From assembly GCF_006345805.1 (NCBI RefSeq), contig NW_021831849.1:124001-188000 (forward strand): a DNA stretch of 64,000 nucleotides. The letters run 5' to 3'. Made by a program: the position numbers and the translations under genes. Below the pieces are notes generated by a model that ran no database searches, was not told where the DNA came from, and saw only the letters and a program-made list of their open reading frames with translations. The DNA comes from Octopus sinensis (lineage: Eukaryota). This document shows positions 40,201 through 54,182 of this stretch, one piece after another (positions within the stretch are counted from its first letter, which is position 1; every line of letters begins with the position of its first letter).

Positions 40201-42805
40201 AATTCCAGGAGTAAACTTATCATTCCGTTGAATTCCAGAGGAGCTGTCAACCGATCCAAGATTAGTAGTTGTTGTCTAGAAAGGTGATTACGTAAAATAC
40301 AATTTGCGAATCCAAATTTTGAATAACACTATAAACATTAGCTTTGTCATAATCTTGACTAAAATGCCATTTTAGCTTGATCTCGTTTTCTGAAATCATC
40401 ATTTTCGTGATTTCACCTAAAGTACAGACAGAATATTTTAACATTTTTTATGTGGATTAATGATTATCTTTTTTTATATATTTTGAAAATGCCAATAATG
40501 TGAACTAAACGAATTGAATATTTGTAGGCATTAGTATTGGATTCAAATGTCATATATTCATTTAATTTTTTAATACTTTTTGTGACCATCTATAACTGAA
40601 ACCATAATACGACCTCATCTGTCATTAAATTTTTCAAATATCCAAAATAATGTCCATTCTTTTGACTAAAATCAACTTTTATTTGTCCAGAAGGCAGTAG
40701 TATTATTTCTTCGGTGGCTTCAAAATATACTAACATTTAGGAAAAATTTAATAAACCTTGTTCTGGAATCATTGCCGAAAATTTAAATACATTTTGTAAT
40801 TCAAAATCATGTAGAATTCTTATTTCGTAGTTTATTTGAGTATTGAAGTTGAAATTTCTTATACCAAACAAAAAAGTATTCCATGAAAAATAATGAGTTC
40901 TCTAAAAATATTCAAAAAAGTCAACGTAAATTAATATAAAATACGAAATTAAACCTCCGATTCATTTCCTATTCTATAGGTAATTTCTAATGTATGGTCA
41001 GGCGTCAATTCTTGGGAAAATTTCCATCTAAAAAAAAGAATTCCTGAACGATAAATAATTTGAGGTTTTTCGAGTGAAAGCGTTTCTGAATGTTTTATAA
41101 CTAAAAAAACTCTTTTTAGTTCTGCACATAAAGTTATTTCTGGATTCACATTTATCTTCAAATTGATAACCATTGTTAAAAGCCAAGCATTTTTCTTTAG
41201 AAGTCTAAACAATTTAAAAATACTGGTTTTACATCCATTTTTATCCATAAAATGGTATCTAAGGTATTCCCTTGTGATTTGCGTATTTCTATAATATAAG
41301 AAAGTTGTAGAATCTTACTTTTCACTAATTCCAGATTGATATCCTCTGGTCCCAAAAGAACATTTCCCATCCTATTGCATGTTTGATGAGCCATAAATGC
41401 AGTTTTTAAAGAGTTTCCGTATGAGTAACAGCCTGTTTCGTCACAAGATTCAACTTCTGAAATAAATGAAATATTGGAACAAATAAAAATCAACCTTCAA
41501 TTCTGCATACGGAAAATGCGATATTATTACAATCTGAATCGTGGAAACCTCCATCAGTGAAAACTTTGCAGTTTTTATTCTTAGAAGATTAATCAACTTA
41601 TTTATACATTTTCATTTTTGATCCAGAGTTTAGTGTGTGTATGTAAAAAAAAGTTTTCTATAATTTATGTAATCTTAAATAAACTAAATAGCAGCAATTT
41701 GACATCCTCCGTCATTTTTTCTTGACTCAAAATTTCACCATTAAATGAACGACAGGAATCCATTGCTTCAGGATATGTGATTTTATGATTAATAAAATTA
41801 AAACAAACATTGTCAATACAATTCTTTCTATCTAAAGAAGGTAATTCATATAATTGGAATACATGGAATTTCACATATGTATTCGTAATTTTTTGAACAA
41901 TCAGCTGTACTCCAAACTTCTCCACATATTCGGGCGCATATTCGGTCCTTTAAATTTTGTTTAGGTTCATTATAACCCCATTGAAAATATTTCTAAATAA
42001 AACATTTTTCAATAAAAAAAAATTATGAGTTTAAAATAATAACCAAAAATTTTCCAGAAGCATAATTCCATTGCTCCGTATTTTGGTCCTTGTATGCCCC
42101 GATCCATACAGGACGAGTTGCAAAAATTGTATTTTTTAAATAATCTTTAATAATATTAAAGTATTTAGAACTTTTAACTATTTTATTCTCATAACTGTTA
42201 GTAATCTCCAAAAGTTTTCCTTTTTCTCTTATGCATTTTTGTTGAGCATTTTCAAAGTTTAGATTTTCCCTTTTCACCACATAGCACTTGAATGTATTTT
42301 CGTCACAAATTTTATCTTAAAAATAATCAATTTTGCCCTAATACTTCTGTATTCACAAATATAATTTCGTTGATGTTTACAATCGGTAGTGCTCCAATAA
42401 TATTCGGGAAATTGTGTTTCAACACACTGAGTTTTGGTTCTCAATTTTGGTTGAAAGAGTTTCCATTTTGTGTATTTCTGAATTTAAATAAGTCAATTTA
42501 TACCAAAACATTATCATTTACTGTCAAAAATGTTTTGTCTGATCCTTTTTTAACTACCCCCAAAAAGATGACAGTTTTTAAATTCAAATTATCTAAAAGA
42601 TATAAAAATTGATACTTTTCAAAAAATCAGCCTCTTTTTCATTTTCTATAACAAGCAAGGAACCGTGTTTATCTCGACAGTGTGCCTCAGCTCCGTTAAA
42701 CGTGTTTAAAGAATTGTGAAAAGAATAACATTTTGATATTTCATAATTGCAGAAATATTTGGAATTAACCAATAAGAAATTAATGACTGATAATATCAAA
42801 ATCAT
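34254..42805 (-). CDS. Large secreted multidomain protein: signal peptide, four C-type-lectin-like domains, long Ig/FN3-like beta-sandwich region
   Basis: Hydrophobic N-terminus at 42805; CTLD motifs (CYSF..FNGAEAHC, W....C....ICE) four times; FN3-like LHPGKTYEIW; Ig-like AGQYTL, KCEASG...EGTYICTI; stop at 34254; many short introns. Full exon map not resolved. Confidence 0.65.
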
Positions 42806-43525
42806 TCAAATTTCATTTATGAACCGATAAATATATTTATATAAAAATTATAAACATCTGCAAATATAAAATACACGCATATTGAACATCTGCACATCAT
42901 TAGTTGAAAAATTAAAAATCTAATCAAGACTGGGAACAGCAGTCGTGATTTTGTAAATAATGTTCTGTATTTTATTTTCACCTGTTTATATAAATTCGAG
43001 AATTTATTTATTGAAAGTTTTTAATCAGCTCAATTAATTATTCCTTTATTTGTTAACACCGAAATCATATTTCTCATAAATAAACTATAAAAATCTTAAT
43101 TAATCAAATTGATCTCAACTTTTTTCAAACATCCAAAAACCGTTTTTCGATACTGATTTTTTTAAACGCATGCTTATACAGATTGCAGTTTGTAATTTTC
43201 TTATTTTCCACTTGGTTTTAAATTATAGTTATTCAGGTTCATTTTAAATACATAAAAAAGACGCTTCATCTTTTTTGGAGGATCTCATTGGCAAATCCTA
43301 AGAGAAACCTGGCAATTCTACTCTCCTTGAATTAATCGAATGAAATTAATACAAAATCAGTTTAACGGAGAATTTATCCTTATTATATCTACTGAAACTT
43401 GAGACCGGTTTCCGGCAAATTTGGCAATTTGTTTACAATTTTTTCAAATATTTTGAAATACAAATATCTCTCAAAATTGTTATAAGTATAAATGGTTAAA
43501 AAATTTATTTTTGTGTTGTAAAATA

Positions 43526-46477
43526 CAGTCTTCCCTCTATTGCTCGCCATTTTTGGGACCAAGCCAAAATTGGCGACTAAGAGAATTTGGCGAGTAAGAG
43601 AAATAATCAATATCCTATTTTCTATCAACAAAAAATTTCTATAATTTTTAACTATCTAACCAGGCATTCTCAACCTTTTTTTGTTCATCGCCCCCTTAGA
43701 TATTTTGTCGCCTCCTTTGAAATTTTATCGCCCCCTTGTCCACATACAATTTAAAAATTTTTGGGCATTGTCCTTTAATTGGTTGTTTTTTGTATATAAC
43801 TCAAAAATCAAAATATACAATAATAAATCAAATGTAAAAAATTGAATTTTTATTAAAAATTATTAGTGAGACCCTTGATATTGATGTTTACTCGCTAAAT
43901 ATTCTATGTCGGGTTTAATTCTGCTCAACTTTAGGCGTATATCGCCTCTATAAGACACTTCCAGTCTATTTTTTTCACATTGTGTATTATGATTGACAAA
44001 ACTAAATCCACTTTCAACTAAATAAGTGGTAGGGAATGTCAATAGTACATTACTCATTTCCTTCCATAAATTTGGAAATTTCATTTGTAGATCTTTTGAT
44101 TGCCAAAATTTAGAGATACCATCCTGTTGAAATCTGTGAATATATTCTTCATTATATTTCAATTCAATTATCTCTTCTTGGATTGTTTCGTTCATATCTT
44201 CTGGCACACATGAAAACGGATCAATCATCCATGCTTCAAATTCCAAATCAAACAAATCTTTAAATCTAAAAGATATATCCGCTTCTAGTTCCGTCAAATG
44301 TTGACAATATGTCATAATATTGTTTTGACTAAAATATTTACTTATCTTAGATAGTTGTGAAATGTTTCCAAACTGATTTATAGAAAAATTATGTCGATAA
44401 AGCAATAATTTTTTTGCAAATGTTTTCATTATTCTTTTGCAATCAATCATGTTGACAAAATTTCCTTGAAGAAGAATAGTAATTTCATTAAATTTTGTAA
44501 AAATCCAATTCAAATAGAATATATCATTTTTTCGTGAAATTATCTCTTTTGATTGGATTTCCAATAGTTCCATTTGTAAACTTTCATCTGCATTGGAAAC
44601 ATTAAAAGAGAATGATGATGCGAATAATGAAAATTGTTGAGAACACCTGCTCTAAATTATTAGGCTTGCCATTAAAAATATTCTAATTAAACAATTTTTA
44701 ATAAATATAAATTTTATTTTTTATTAAATATATTATCGCCCCCCTGTACAAAATTATCGCCCCCTTGTACAAAATTTTCGCCCCTAGGGGGGCGATTCGC
44801 CCCCGGTTGAGAACACCTGATCTAAACATTCAAATAAATAGCCGAAACATTTATTTAAAAAACCAAAATTTTAAGTAAAGTAATCATTTATAGTTTTTGT
44901 GTATGATCTTTTCTCTATATTTTTTTGCATTTTTAATAAACTTTCTAGCATATTCACATCAAAATTATCGTCATGTGAAAAATATTTTTTGAGGTCCGAA
45001 ATACATTTTATCGCATCTCGATGTGTAATACAGTTGTTTCTTTCACAATCTTCAGTAATTGAACTGTCTAAAATTGCATTTTCATCGTTATTTTCATAGT
45101 TATTGTTTTGAACAAATTCATGAAGTTCGTCATTTTCAGAGTACGTAAAGTCTATAAACTCCTCCTCTTTTATGGGATCTGTGATCATTAATTTTTCTAT
45201 AATTTGTTCGAAATTTTTATTTTATGGTCTCCCATAATAGGTTCTTCAATTCTGTTTTCCCACTTGGCGTGCTGAAAACATTTTGATATTGTATCCACTG
45301 ACACATCTTTCCAGGCTAGATAAGAAAATAAGACTGCATCTTTCAGGGTTAATTTTTTATAGCATTCAATAGTTGCGTCACCGTAGTTTATTTGTTCAAT
45401 TATATGTTTAAATTTAAATTTGTTGAAATGAGATTTGAATGATCTAATGATTCCTTGATCCATCGGTTGAAGCACAGTAGTCGTGTTTTTTGGTAAATAT
45501 AAAACTTCTATCATACTTAATTCGATTGTTATTCTATGCGAAGAACAATAGTCTACAACCAAAAGTATCTTTTTTTGTTTTTGTTTGAGAGTCTTGTTCC
45601 AATTATACAACCATTCGTTAAATATTTCCATGTTCATCCAAGCCTTTGAAGAAAAATGTTAAAACTATCTTTAAGTAATTTTGTCCTGGTCGGCGTTTCT
45701 GCAGACACTTTTTGATGGAATGGTCTTGTAAAATATGCCGGTTTCGTCGGCATTATAAACATTTTCTGAACCATATTCATTTATTTTAGAAGAGATAATT
45801 TTTTTAAAGTCTTCGATTTGGTCTTTGAACTCATCCGCAGTATATCCCAATTCACCATGAAAAATTCTTAGTTTTACATTGTCCCTTTTTTTGAACTTTT
45901 CAAACCATCCTTTACTGGCTTTAAATTCGAAGGGACCGTTTAATGCAGCAATTTCAGTTGCTTTCGACAAAATTATCTCATCATTGAGGCAAACTCCAAT
46001 AGATTCCATGTAATCTATCCAGGCAATGATTTCAGAATCAATTGCTGAATATCTAAGTTTCGAAAAACGAGAACTTCTCCCATAAATTGGATTAATTCCA
46101 AGAATCTTCTGTTTGTTCAATTTAAGATCGTTAATTGCACGTCTCGAAATTGATTTTTTGAAACGCGACGAAAAAATTCTGAAACACGCCTTAGACTTAG
46201 AGAAGAATTATCAATAAGATAATTTATAATTCTCTTTTTTGATCATAAGATAATCTTGAGCACTTCCTCATGTTACAAAAAAAAACACGCGGTATAAATA
46301 TTTGAAAAAATTATTTTTTTTAATAATAAATTTTAATTTTTTAATACTAAAACGTGGCGAGTAAGAGAATTTGGCGAGCAATGGAATTTCCTTAGTAAAA
46401 ATGGCATTTATTCCAAAAAAGTGGCGAGTTATAGAAATGGCGAGCAATAGAATTGGTGAGCAATAGAGGGTAAACTG
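43526..46477 (-). mobile_element. Tigger/pogo DNA transposon with decayed transposase
   Basis: TA TSD at both ends; TIRs cagtcttccctctattgctc / cagtttaccctctattgctc; tggcgag subterminal repeats; ATG at 46271, CENP-B HTH (FKASKGWFEKFKKR), NADETG, DYCSSH, LQPMDQGII; frameshifts. Confidence 0.93.
43661..44819 (-). mobile_element. Buster-type hAT element nested in Tigger
   Basis: TIRs caggcattctcaacc / caggtgttctcaacc; flanks atctaac / atctaaac; atcgcccc subterminal repeats; transposase C-terminus 43863-44573 (LLTFPTTYLVESGFS..RLEVSYRGDIRLKLS). Confidence 0.9.
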
Positions 46478-46551
46478 TATTTGTTAATATAATTATTTTT
46501 ATTCAATTTTATCAATTATAAATAAAATGTAAATAAATGTTTATCTAGTTC

Positions 46552-47586
46552 ATGTGGGATTTGGAACGTGTACCCCGAGAAGTATAAATTTAAAATAATT
46601 TTCGTTAGCTCACCAAAAAAGAACTTATCATTACATCTCTACTCGCAGGTTCAATGGCAGGTGCAGTGGCAAAGACTGCAATTGCCCCTTTGGACAGAGC
46701 TAAAATTCGTTTTCAAAGTTTGAGACACACTTTTAACCAAATAAGCAACCAAATTTGAATATTCGTTAAGAAATTTATTTTCATTTCTCCGTACCACTGT
46801 CTATCGACATGGTTTTAAGGAATTATTCCGAGGAAATTCTGCTACAATGATCCGTATTATCCCATATGCGGGAATTCAGTTCTCCGTCAACGATTTTCTG
46901 AAGACAATGTTTATAAATAAGTCCGAAAATACAAAAAATATTAAAATTAAACATTTTATGGCCGGGTCATTGGCGGGGATCTGTGCCACAACCTGCACTT
47001 ATCCCCTCGATTTAACCCGAGCTAAATTGGCAGTGACCACAGTGAAAAGGTTACCGAGAAATGTTTCATTTTAGTTATAAAGGCGTATTTCAAGTCCTCG
47101 TCCGGAGTTACTATTCGGGGGGCCCTCAATCCTTATATATGGGCTACCTGCCAACTGTGATTGGCTCGTTTTTTTATTCAGGAATTGGATTCCTTGTGTA
47201 TAATTCACTGAAGGAGTATTATGGTTAGAATGAGTTGTTATTTTGAAGGAGACCGTGGAGATGACTTTTTGTACGGCGCAGTGTCAGGGGTTTGCAGTCA
47301 GTCATTGACCTACCCTTTGGATGTGGTCAGAAGGCGCATTCAAACGACTGGTTTTGAAATGGTTAATTTAATCCGGAAAGGTGATGTATTGAGTTCTCAG
47401 AAAAGTGGTGATGGAATATTCAAAACATTTGGGAATGTATTTTGTGAAGGTGGAGTGGTCAGGGGACTGTATAAGGGATTGTCTATGAATTGGATAAAAG
47501 GTCCCATCTCAAATGGAATTTCATTTTTTGTTTTTGAGCATTCTTTATTCTGGATTCGTCGTGGGGTTCATCATTTTGAAAGTTGA
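46552..47586 (+). CDS. SLC25A42: Mitochondrial carrier, CoA transporter subfamily
   Basis: [87 protein letters not shown]; short introns. Confidence 0.88.
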
Positions 47587-48700
47587 TATCATCAAAATAC
47601 AGCATTTTATTTAATATACATTTACTTGATTTTTTAATTATTTAAAATTTGAGATTTAATAAGGGATTAAGCATTTTAATGATTGCTAATATTTTAAGCA
47701 ATGTTCGAATTGAGTAAATCGATTTTGAAACTATTGGCTTATTGCCCACCATGACTGAAGAGTACTTTTGCCCGTGAGGCGACGAGTCCTTCTAGCACGT
47801 CGACACAGTTCTTGAATGGGGATCTCCCACCTTCCCGGACCTTAGCCTGGCGTTATGAGGTCCACCAAATCAGTTGGAACCTTCGGAACTTTCAATTCGA
47901 TTTGTAAACCTTTTTTACTACTTTCATAAAATCAAAAACAAAGATCGAATATCTAGCCATTTTGGTCGCCAAATTCAGCTCGAAAGGAATCGAAAAGGCC
48001 CTTGTTAAAAAAATTGTTTTGGACTGTCTGCTCAATTGGGTCTCGTCTCTGGCGGCTCATTTGAGCTTCTTATTTCTCAGAAATTATCTTTTTATTCCGA
48101 ACTTATTTATCTGATGCGATTTTTTCTTGCATCATTGCTCTTGATGGTCTGTCGAAGATCGACAACCTTAGTTCTTTACTGAATCTTCAATTCCATTTTG
48201 ATGGCCTGTTACCGGCTAAACTGTTTTGCAGGTTCGAGAGGATCTGAATCCGGTCTTATTAGTTCCTAGTCCTTTCTTGCCTCTTTTCACAATTCCTCCG
48301 ATCTGTTCTTTTCCTTTTTGGATTGGAGAAAAAAATTTTAAACGATTCTTCCACAGAACTTGTCACTCTATTCCTGTCCCAACATTTGAACTGTAAACAT
48401 GTTTATTTGACTGCTTAAGCACGTGGACGTGTGTCTTGTGTGTCGAGTAAGGATTGTCCTGAAAAGCAAGGCAAGTCGAATCCGAGGGTCGTTTGTGGGG
48501 GGATTCTGGTCAGATTTATGTTGGCTCTCTGGTAGTATGAAAGTGACAGTAGCGTCTTGTTTAGTGTGTAGTTCCAATCGAGTTTGGCCCATTTTGTGGC
48601 TTTAAAATACCTAATTTCCTCGTAAATATTTCTATATTTTACTACTCTGTAGCATTTCAAACACATAAGCTTATGAATTTTTTCAACAATAAATTAAGAA

Positions 48701-50291
48701 TTAAACCATTTCAATAGTTGAATCTAAAATGAGAAACAACGATTTAGATACCTTAAAATCAAATTCAAATTCATTAACATCAGCGTACAGCACAAGCAGC
48801 AATGACCTTACTTTACCAATGCGATGAGGGAATGCCTCCACAACTCCACTCTGTCTTAACTCCTCCAACATTTTCCTCTCGGGTCCAAAGATCTGCAAAT
48901 TGGAAAATATTTCGCGTTTATTTTCATTACTAATGAATATAAAAATACTAAAAAATGTTGAATATATAATACCGTTCAAGTACTAGTGTTTCTCCAAATG
49001 TGATATATATTTTTGTGTTATTTTTAACTGTCAGTCTCTGTTTTGAGAATGGTGTAGAAATTGAGTAATTTGCCTGTCCTGGATATTGAAGTATGCATTC
49101 AGAAATCATGACATTTACAAGAGACGGATTTGTAGGAAATGACTAAAAATTACTTTTGATTTTAAACTCGTAATTCTTGAATCTTGTGCTTAAAGGAAGA
49201 AGAAAATCCATAATGATCAAACAAGACCTCGACCTGAAAATGCTCAAGTCCTCTAGCATTCTATTATTAATCAGTTAAATAATATATTTACTGAATATTT
49301 AGTCATGAGCCAATCGGTAGGATTTGTAAAGGCATAAGTATAAAAATACGTAATAATGTCATCGATGTAGTTCATATTCGGTACCTGAACTAAAATATAC
49401 ATCATCATCAATATATACCCACTGAACCCAAATTACAAAACGACAAAAACGAGAAATCATTATAATATTTATTTTTTATTGTGGCTATCATTTTAGCCAG
49501 AAAATTAATATCTGGAATAACGTCATCCTCTAACTAGTATTATAATATATATTTTTACCCAAATACAGTTTTTGCCAATATTTCTGCAATATTCCATTGC
49601 GTAAGCAAAATCAAAATTCATTTTTGTTGTCCAATACTCCCTCCTGTCAGTAAAATAATATTTTCATACGTCTCTGGGTGGGCCAAACCCAAATGTTTAT
49701 AATTCGAAGAATTCGACATTACAATTTGAAATATCCCCAGTTCAATTTCCTGTTTATATCTACCAATTTTTGTACAAAAAATAAAACAATTCTCTTAGTC
49801 TGTAAGCCTTCTGTTTGTCGTTCTAAAATATATTGAATTCACAAAAACATCGACAATGAAAGCAGTAAAAAGGACACTTGAATGAAAATCTGTTTTTTCG
49901 TTTACTAACCGAAATATCCACCTCAAAGTATGTTCTGCATAAAAATGTTTTCTTCCTGATATTGGAACACAAAAAACATATTTTTCTAGTTTTTTATTCG
50001 TTTAATGATACTTATGTCTGTTAACATTGTTGAATAGGTATTAATTGTTATTGATTGCCCCGTTGGAAGGTTAATTCTATTGTCAACAATCGTAAAATTC
50101 TGATTTAAATCGTCATTTACCTTGAAAATAAAACTAAATTGAAACAATTTGTATAATTTTCTCAACTTCTCTGTTATTGAGAGTGAACATAACGAATAAT
50201 CTAAATATAATGAAATAAGTTTGCACATGAAGGTTGTAATAAAACAAAAAACAAGTTTCCGAATGACTTTTGGACTGCTTTTTCTAACCAT
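48701..50291 (-). CDS. MGAT4-like N-acetylglucosaminyltransferase (GT54), type II membrane protein
   Basis: N-terminal TM segment; YWTTKMNFDFAYAMEYC, WLEDDV, FCNLGFSG, PTDWLM, VLFDHYG correspond to GT54 motifs; 3' end approximate. Confidence 0.75.
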
Positions 50292-50700
50292 AATCGATTA
50301 AATCAGCGTGGCATCGTATTTAAAATTATACTAATTACCGCTTCGATAAAAATCGCGGATTTTGTCGATTTTTCAATATATGGATTTTTTAATGCATCAG
50401 CCATTTTTATATACGCAACAATATTTTCAAAAATTTCATTGTATTTTGATTTTATGCGTCCGGAATAAAGACATCAGAGGAACCTGTCGAGGAAACAGAC
50501 GCTGTATCTCGTCCCATGAGGTTGGCAAAAGGAAGTGGATCGGAGGCAAAAGGGAGGAAGCTGGAACCAAGATTATTATGTTAAGATATTTCTCCACTTT
50601 AATTAATTTACTATTTTCGTTTCTTTAGTTTTTTGTAATGGTCACGTGAGCTTTTTGTGAAAATTTTAATTTGTTGTGGTTTATATGCCTGGTTAAACTA

Positions 50701-50755
50701 CAATCAATTCTCGTTAATCCGAACTTCAATAATCCGAAACTTCAGTAATCCGATT
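50701..50755. mobile_element. Solo Tigger/pogo-like terminus
   Basis: TA followed by caatcaattctcgttaatccgaac and three taatccga repeats; no partner end. Confidence 0.55.
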
Positions 50756-50811
50756 TTTTTTTATTTGATGCAATTCAAATTGTCATTTGGCGAAAAAATC
50801 GCCTTGAAGAC

Positions 50812-50915
50812 GAATGACCGGAGGAAGGCGAGCTGGCTCTTCCAGCGCGTCTCGGTCTTTATTCTACGCGGGAACTGCCTTTCGATCCGCAGCGCGTCGT
50901 CGTCCGACTGACCCC
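50812..50915 (+). mobile_element. Extreme 3' coding end of a CRE-like retroelement
   Basis: DRRKASWLFQRVSVFILRGNCLSI matches the QR.S.AIQRGN motif; GC-rich island. Confidence 0.65.
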
Positions 50916-51119
50916 CAGCCTGAATCAATCAAAAGCCTTATTTTGACTTTCAAATAACTCAATAAATTAAAAAGATTATTTACGTGGCTAAAAAAATAAC
51001 CACAAAATAAAAATACAATCTAAGATGATATATTTGGTCATTTATGTTTGGACTATTATTTAATAAGAAAGCGGCCATATTCATTTTAAGAATTAGAAAT
51101 ACTTTTATTTCAAATTATA

Positions 51120-52495
<1,376 letters not shown>

Positions 52496-53520
52496 TCAAG
52501 TATTATCGACAAAATTTTATTCAAAGTTAAAGTTTATTTTGATTAAAGAACTGTTAATTAATTAAATTTTAAAAATTATTGGAATTATTTAATAATTCCC
52601 AAAATTCTATTTTTTGCTTCAGCATTTCGTCTTTCTCAAAAAAGAACTCTTCGTGAGTCATTCTACATATAAGACAAATGAAAACCCTTTGATCTCGAAA
52701 TTGCTCGAAGGGAATCTGTCGACTAAATATATATCATCAAACCCGGGATAAATTTCTTCATCCATCATCATACTACATTTGAATTTATCATTATACTTTG
52801 AAAAATTTGCTTCATTGTTGTAGTGCGAATTCTAGAACAGGTTTAGTTCAGAACTCACCATCGAATTTGTTAGATTCTTTTCGATAATTTCGCAATTCCT
52901 CTTCACCATTTAACAAAAAAATTTCATAATTTTTGTATTATCTGACTTATTTTATAGTGATTTTTTACGTATTAAATAATCTAAATTTGATAGATAAAAC
53001 CTCCTCGTGTCATTTTTGATAAAATTCGAATATTTAACAAAAATGTTATTTCTAATAAACATTGCTTACTCCTGAAGAGACTTAATTAAAATATAGTTTC
53101 TACATTTTATGCAACACTGGGCTTTTTTTTCCACAGCATCAACTCTTTAAAATAAAAAGTCCTAAAAGGAAATCTTTAAAATTGGAAATAACTTTTAAAT
53201 ATTTCACAATGCTATAGAATTTACAGTTAATTTATGAATTTATAGACATTTGTGACTTTAATTTCAATCTTTACTAATTTTTAAAAAAAATAATTGGAAT
53301 TTTTTATATCAAAAGTGCAATTTTGAATTAATTTTGTGGTGCCTGTGGTATGTTATTCTTATCAGAATAAACTGATATTCAATAATTATTTTTGGACTAT
53401 TCATTTTGTATAAAAATTTATGGAATAACAATCCATGTTAAATTAATGATATATTCTCGTTCAAAAAAATATTAAAACACAAAAATTAATTGTTACGTAT
53501 GAATTAAAAGGAAAAAAAAA

Positions 53521-54106
53521 TTAAAAGGAATTGTTGTCAAAATAACTTAAATCCATTTTGGTTTCAATTCTCTCAGATTGAACAACCAGTGTTGTCAATT
53601 TTGCAATATCTTTGTACTGATCATTCAACATTTTCGAAATAAAAGTAGAAAACTAAATTTAATACCCAAATACCACATTCGAATCCTTATGCACAGCAGA
53701 CAATTTAATCAAATCTATAATTCTATCTGTCATTATTTTTTCCATTTTTAGTGATATTTGAAGGGCTTCATTGATACTCGAAAAGTTATTTGTTGGTGCC
53801 TGTAGATTAATCACAAAATTATACTCTAATCGTCTTCAATTTGACATATCCCCCTCTGTTAGTCAAATATTCCGAAAGTATTCTCACGTGTTCTAGCTCT
53901 TCACCTGCCTTCTTAAGGAAAAACTTTGCTGCGTTTGGAAGACATGTAGAAAGTGCAGAGAAATAGTTGGACTATGATTTAATATAAAAGAATACCATGT
54001 CTTGATATGAATATGACGCACAATATTCCTCGTTGATTTGAAAATTAATTGCTTCTTCTATTTCACTTGAAAAGTTATGTCTTGCATCTATAATCGGAGT
54101 ATTCAT
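53521..54106 (-). CDS. Ferritin heavy-type subunit (absent from the ORF track)
   Basis: Spliced (24, 25 and 21 nt introns): ARHNFSSEIEEAINFQINEEYCASYSY..GEELEHVRILSEYLTNRGG..LKMEK..LNDQY; ferroxidase ligands kept. Confidence 0.9.
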
Positions 54107-54182
54107 TGATGCTGCACGATTATGTGTAGAATCTTAATATTTTTTAATTTATAGCTTAAATGCCCATTAAATTTGTAATTAG

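Noticed and set aside
47750-48670. Minus-strand ORFs 48368-48666 as a host gene
   Set aside because: No recognisable domain or consistent splice pattern; possibly retroelement debris, not supportable.
52560-53000. Possible small intron-containing gene between CDKL and ferritin
   Set aside because: Could not build a stop-free model or recognise a family.
53730-53750. Suspected homopolymer frameshifts in ferritin (and in the ASK-like gene at ~19065)
   Set aside because: Recounting the runs shows both are in frame.
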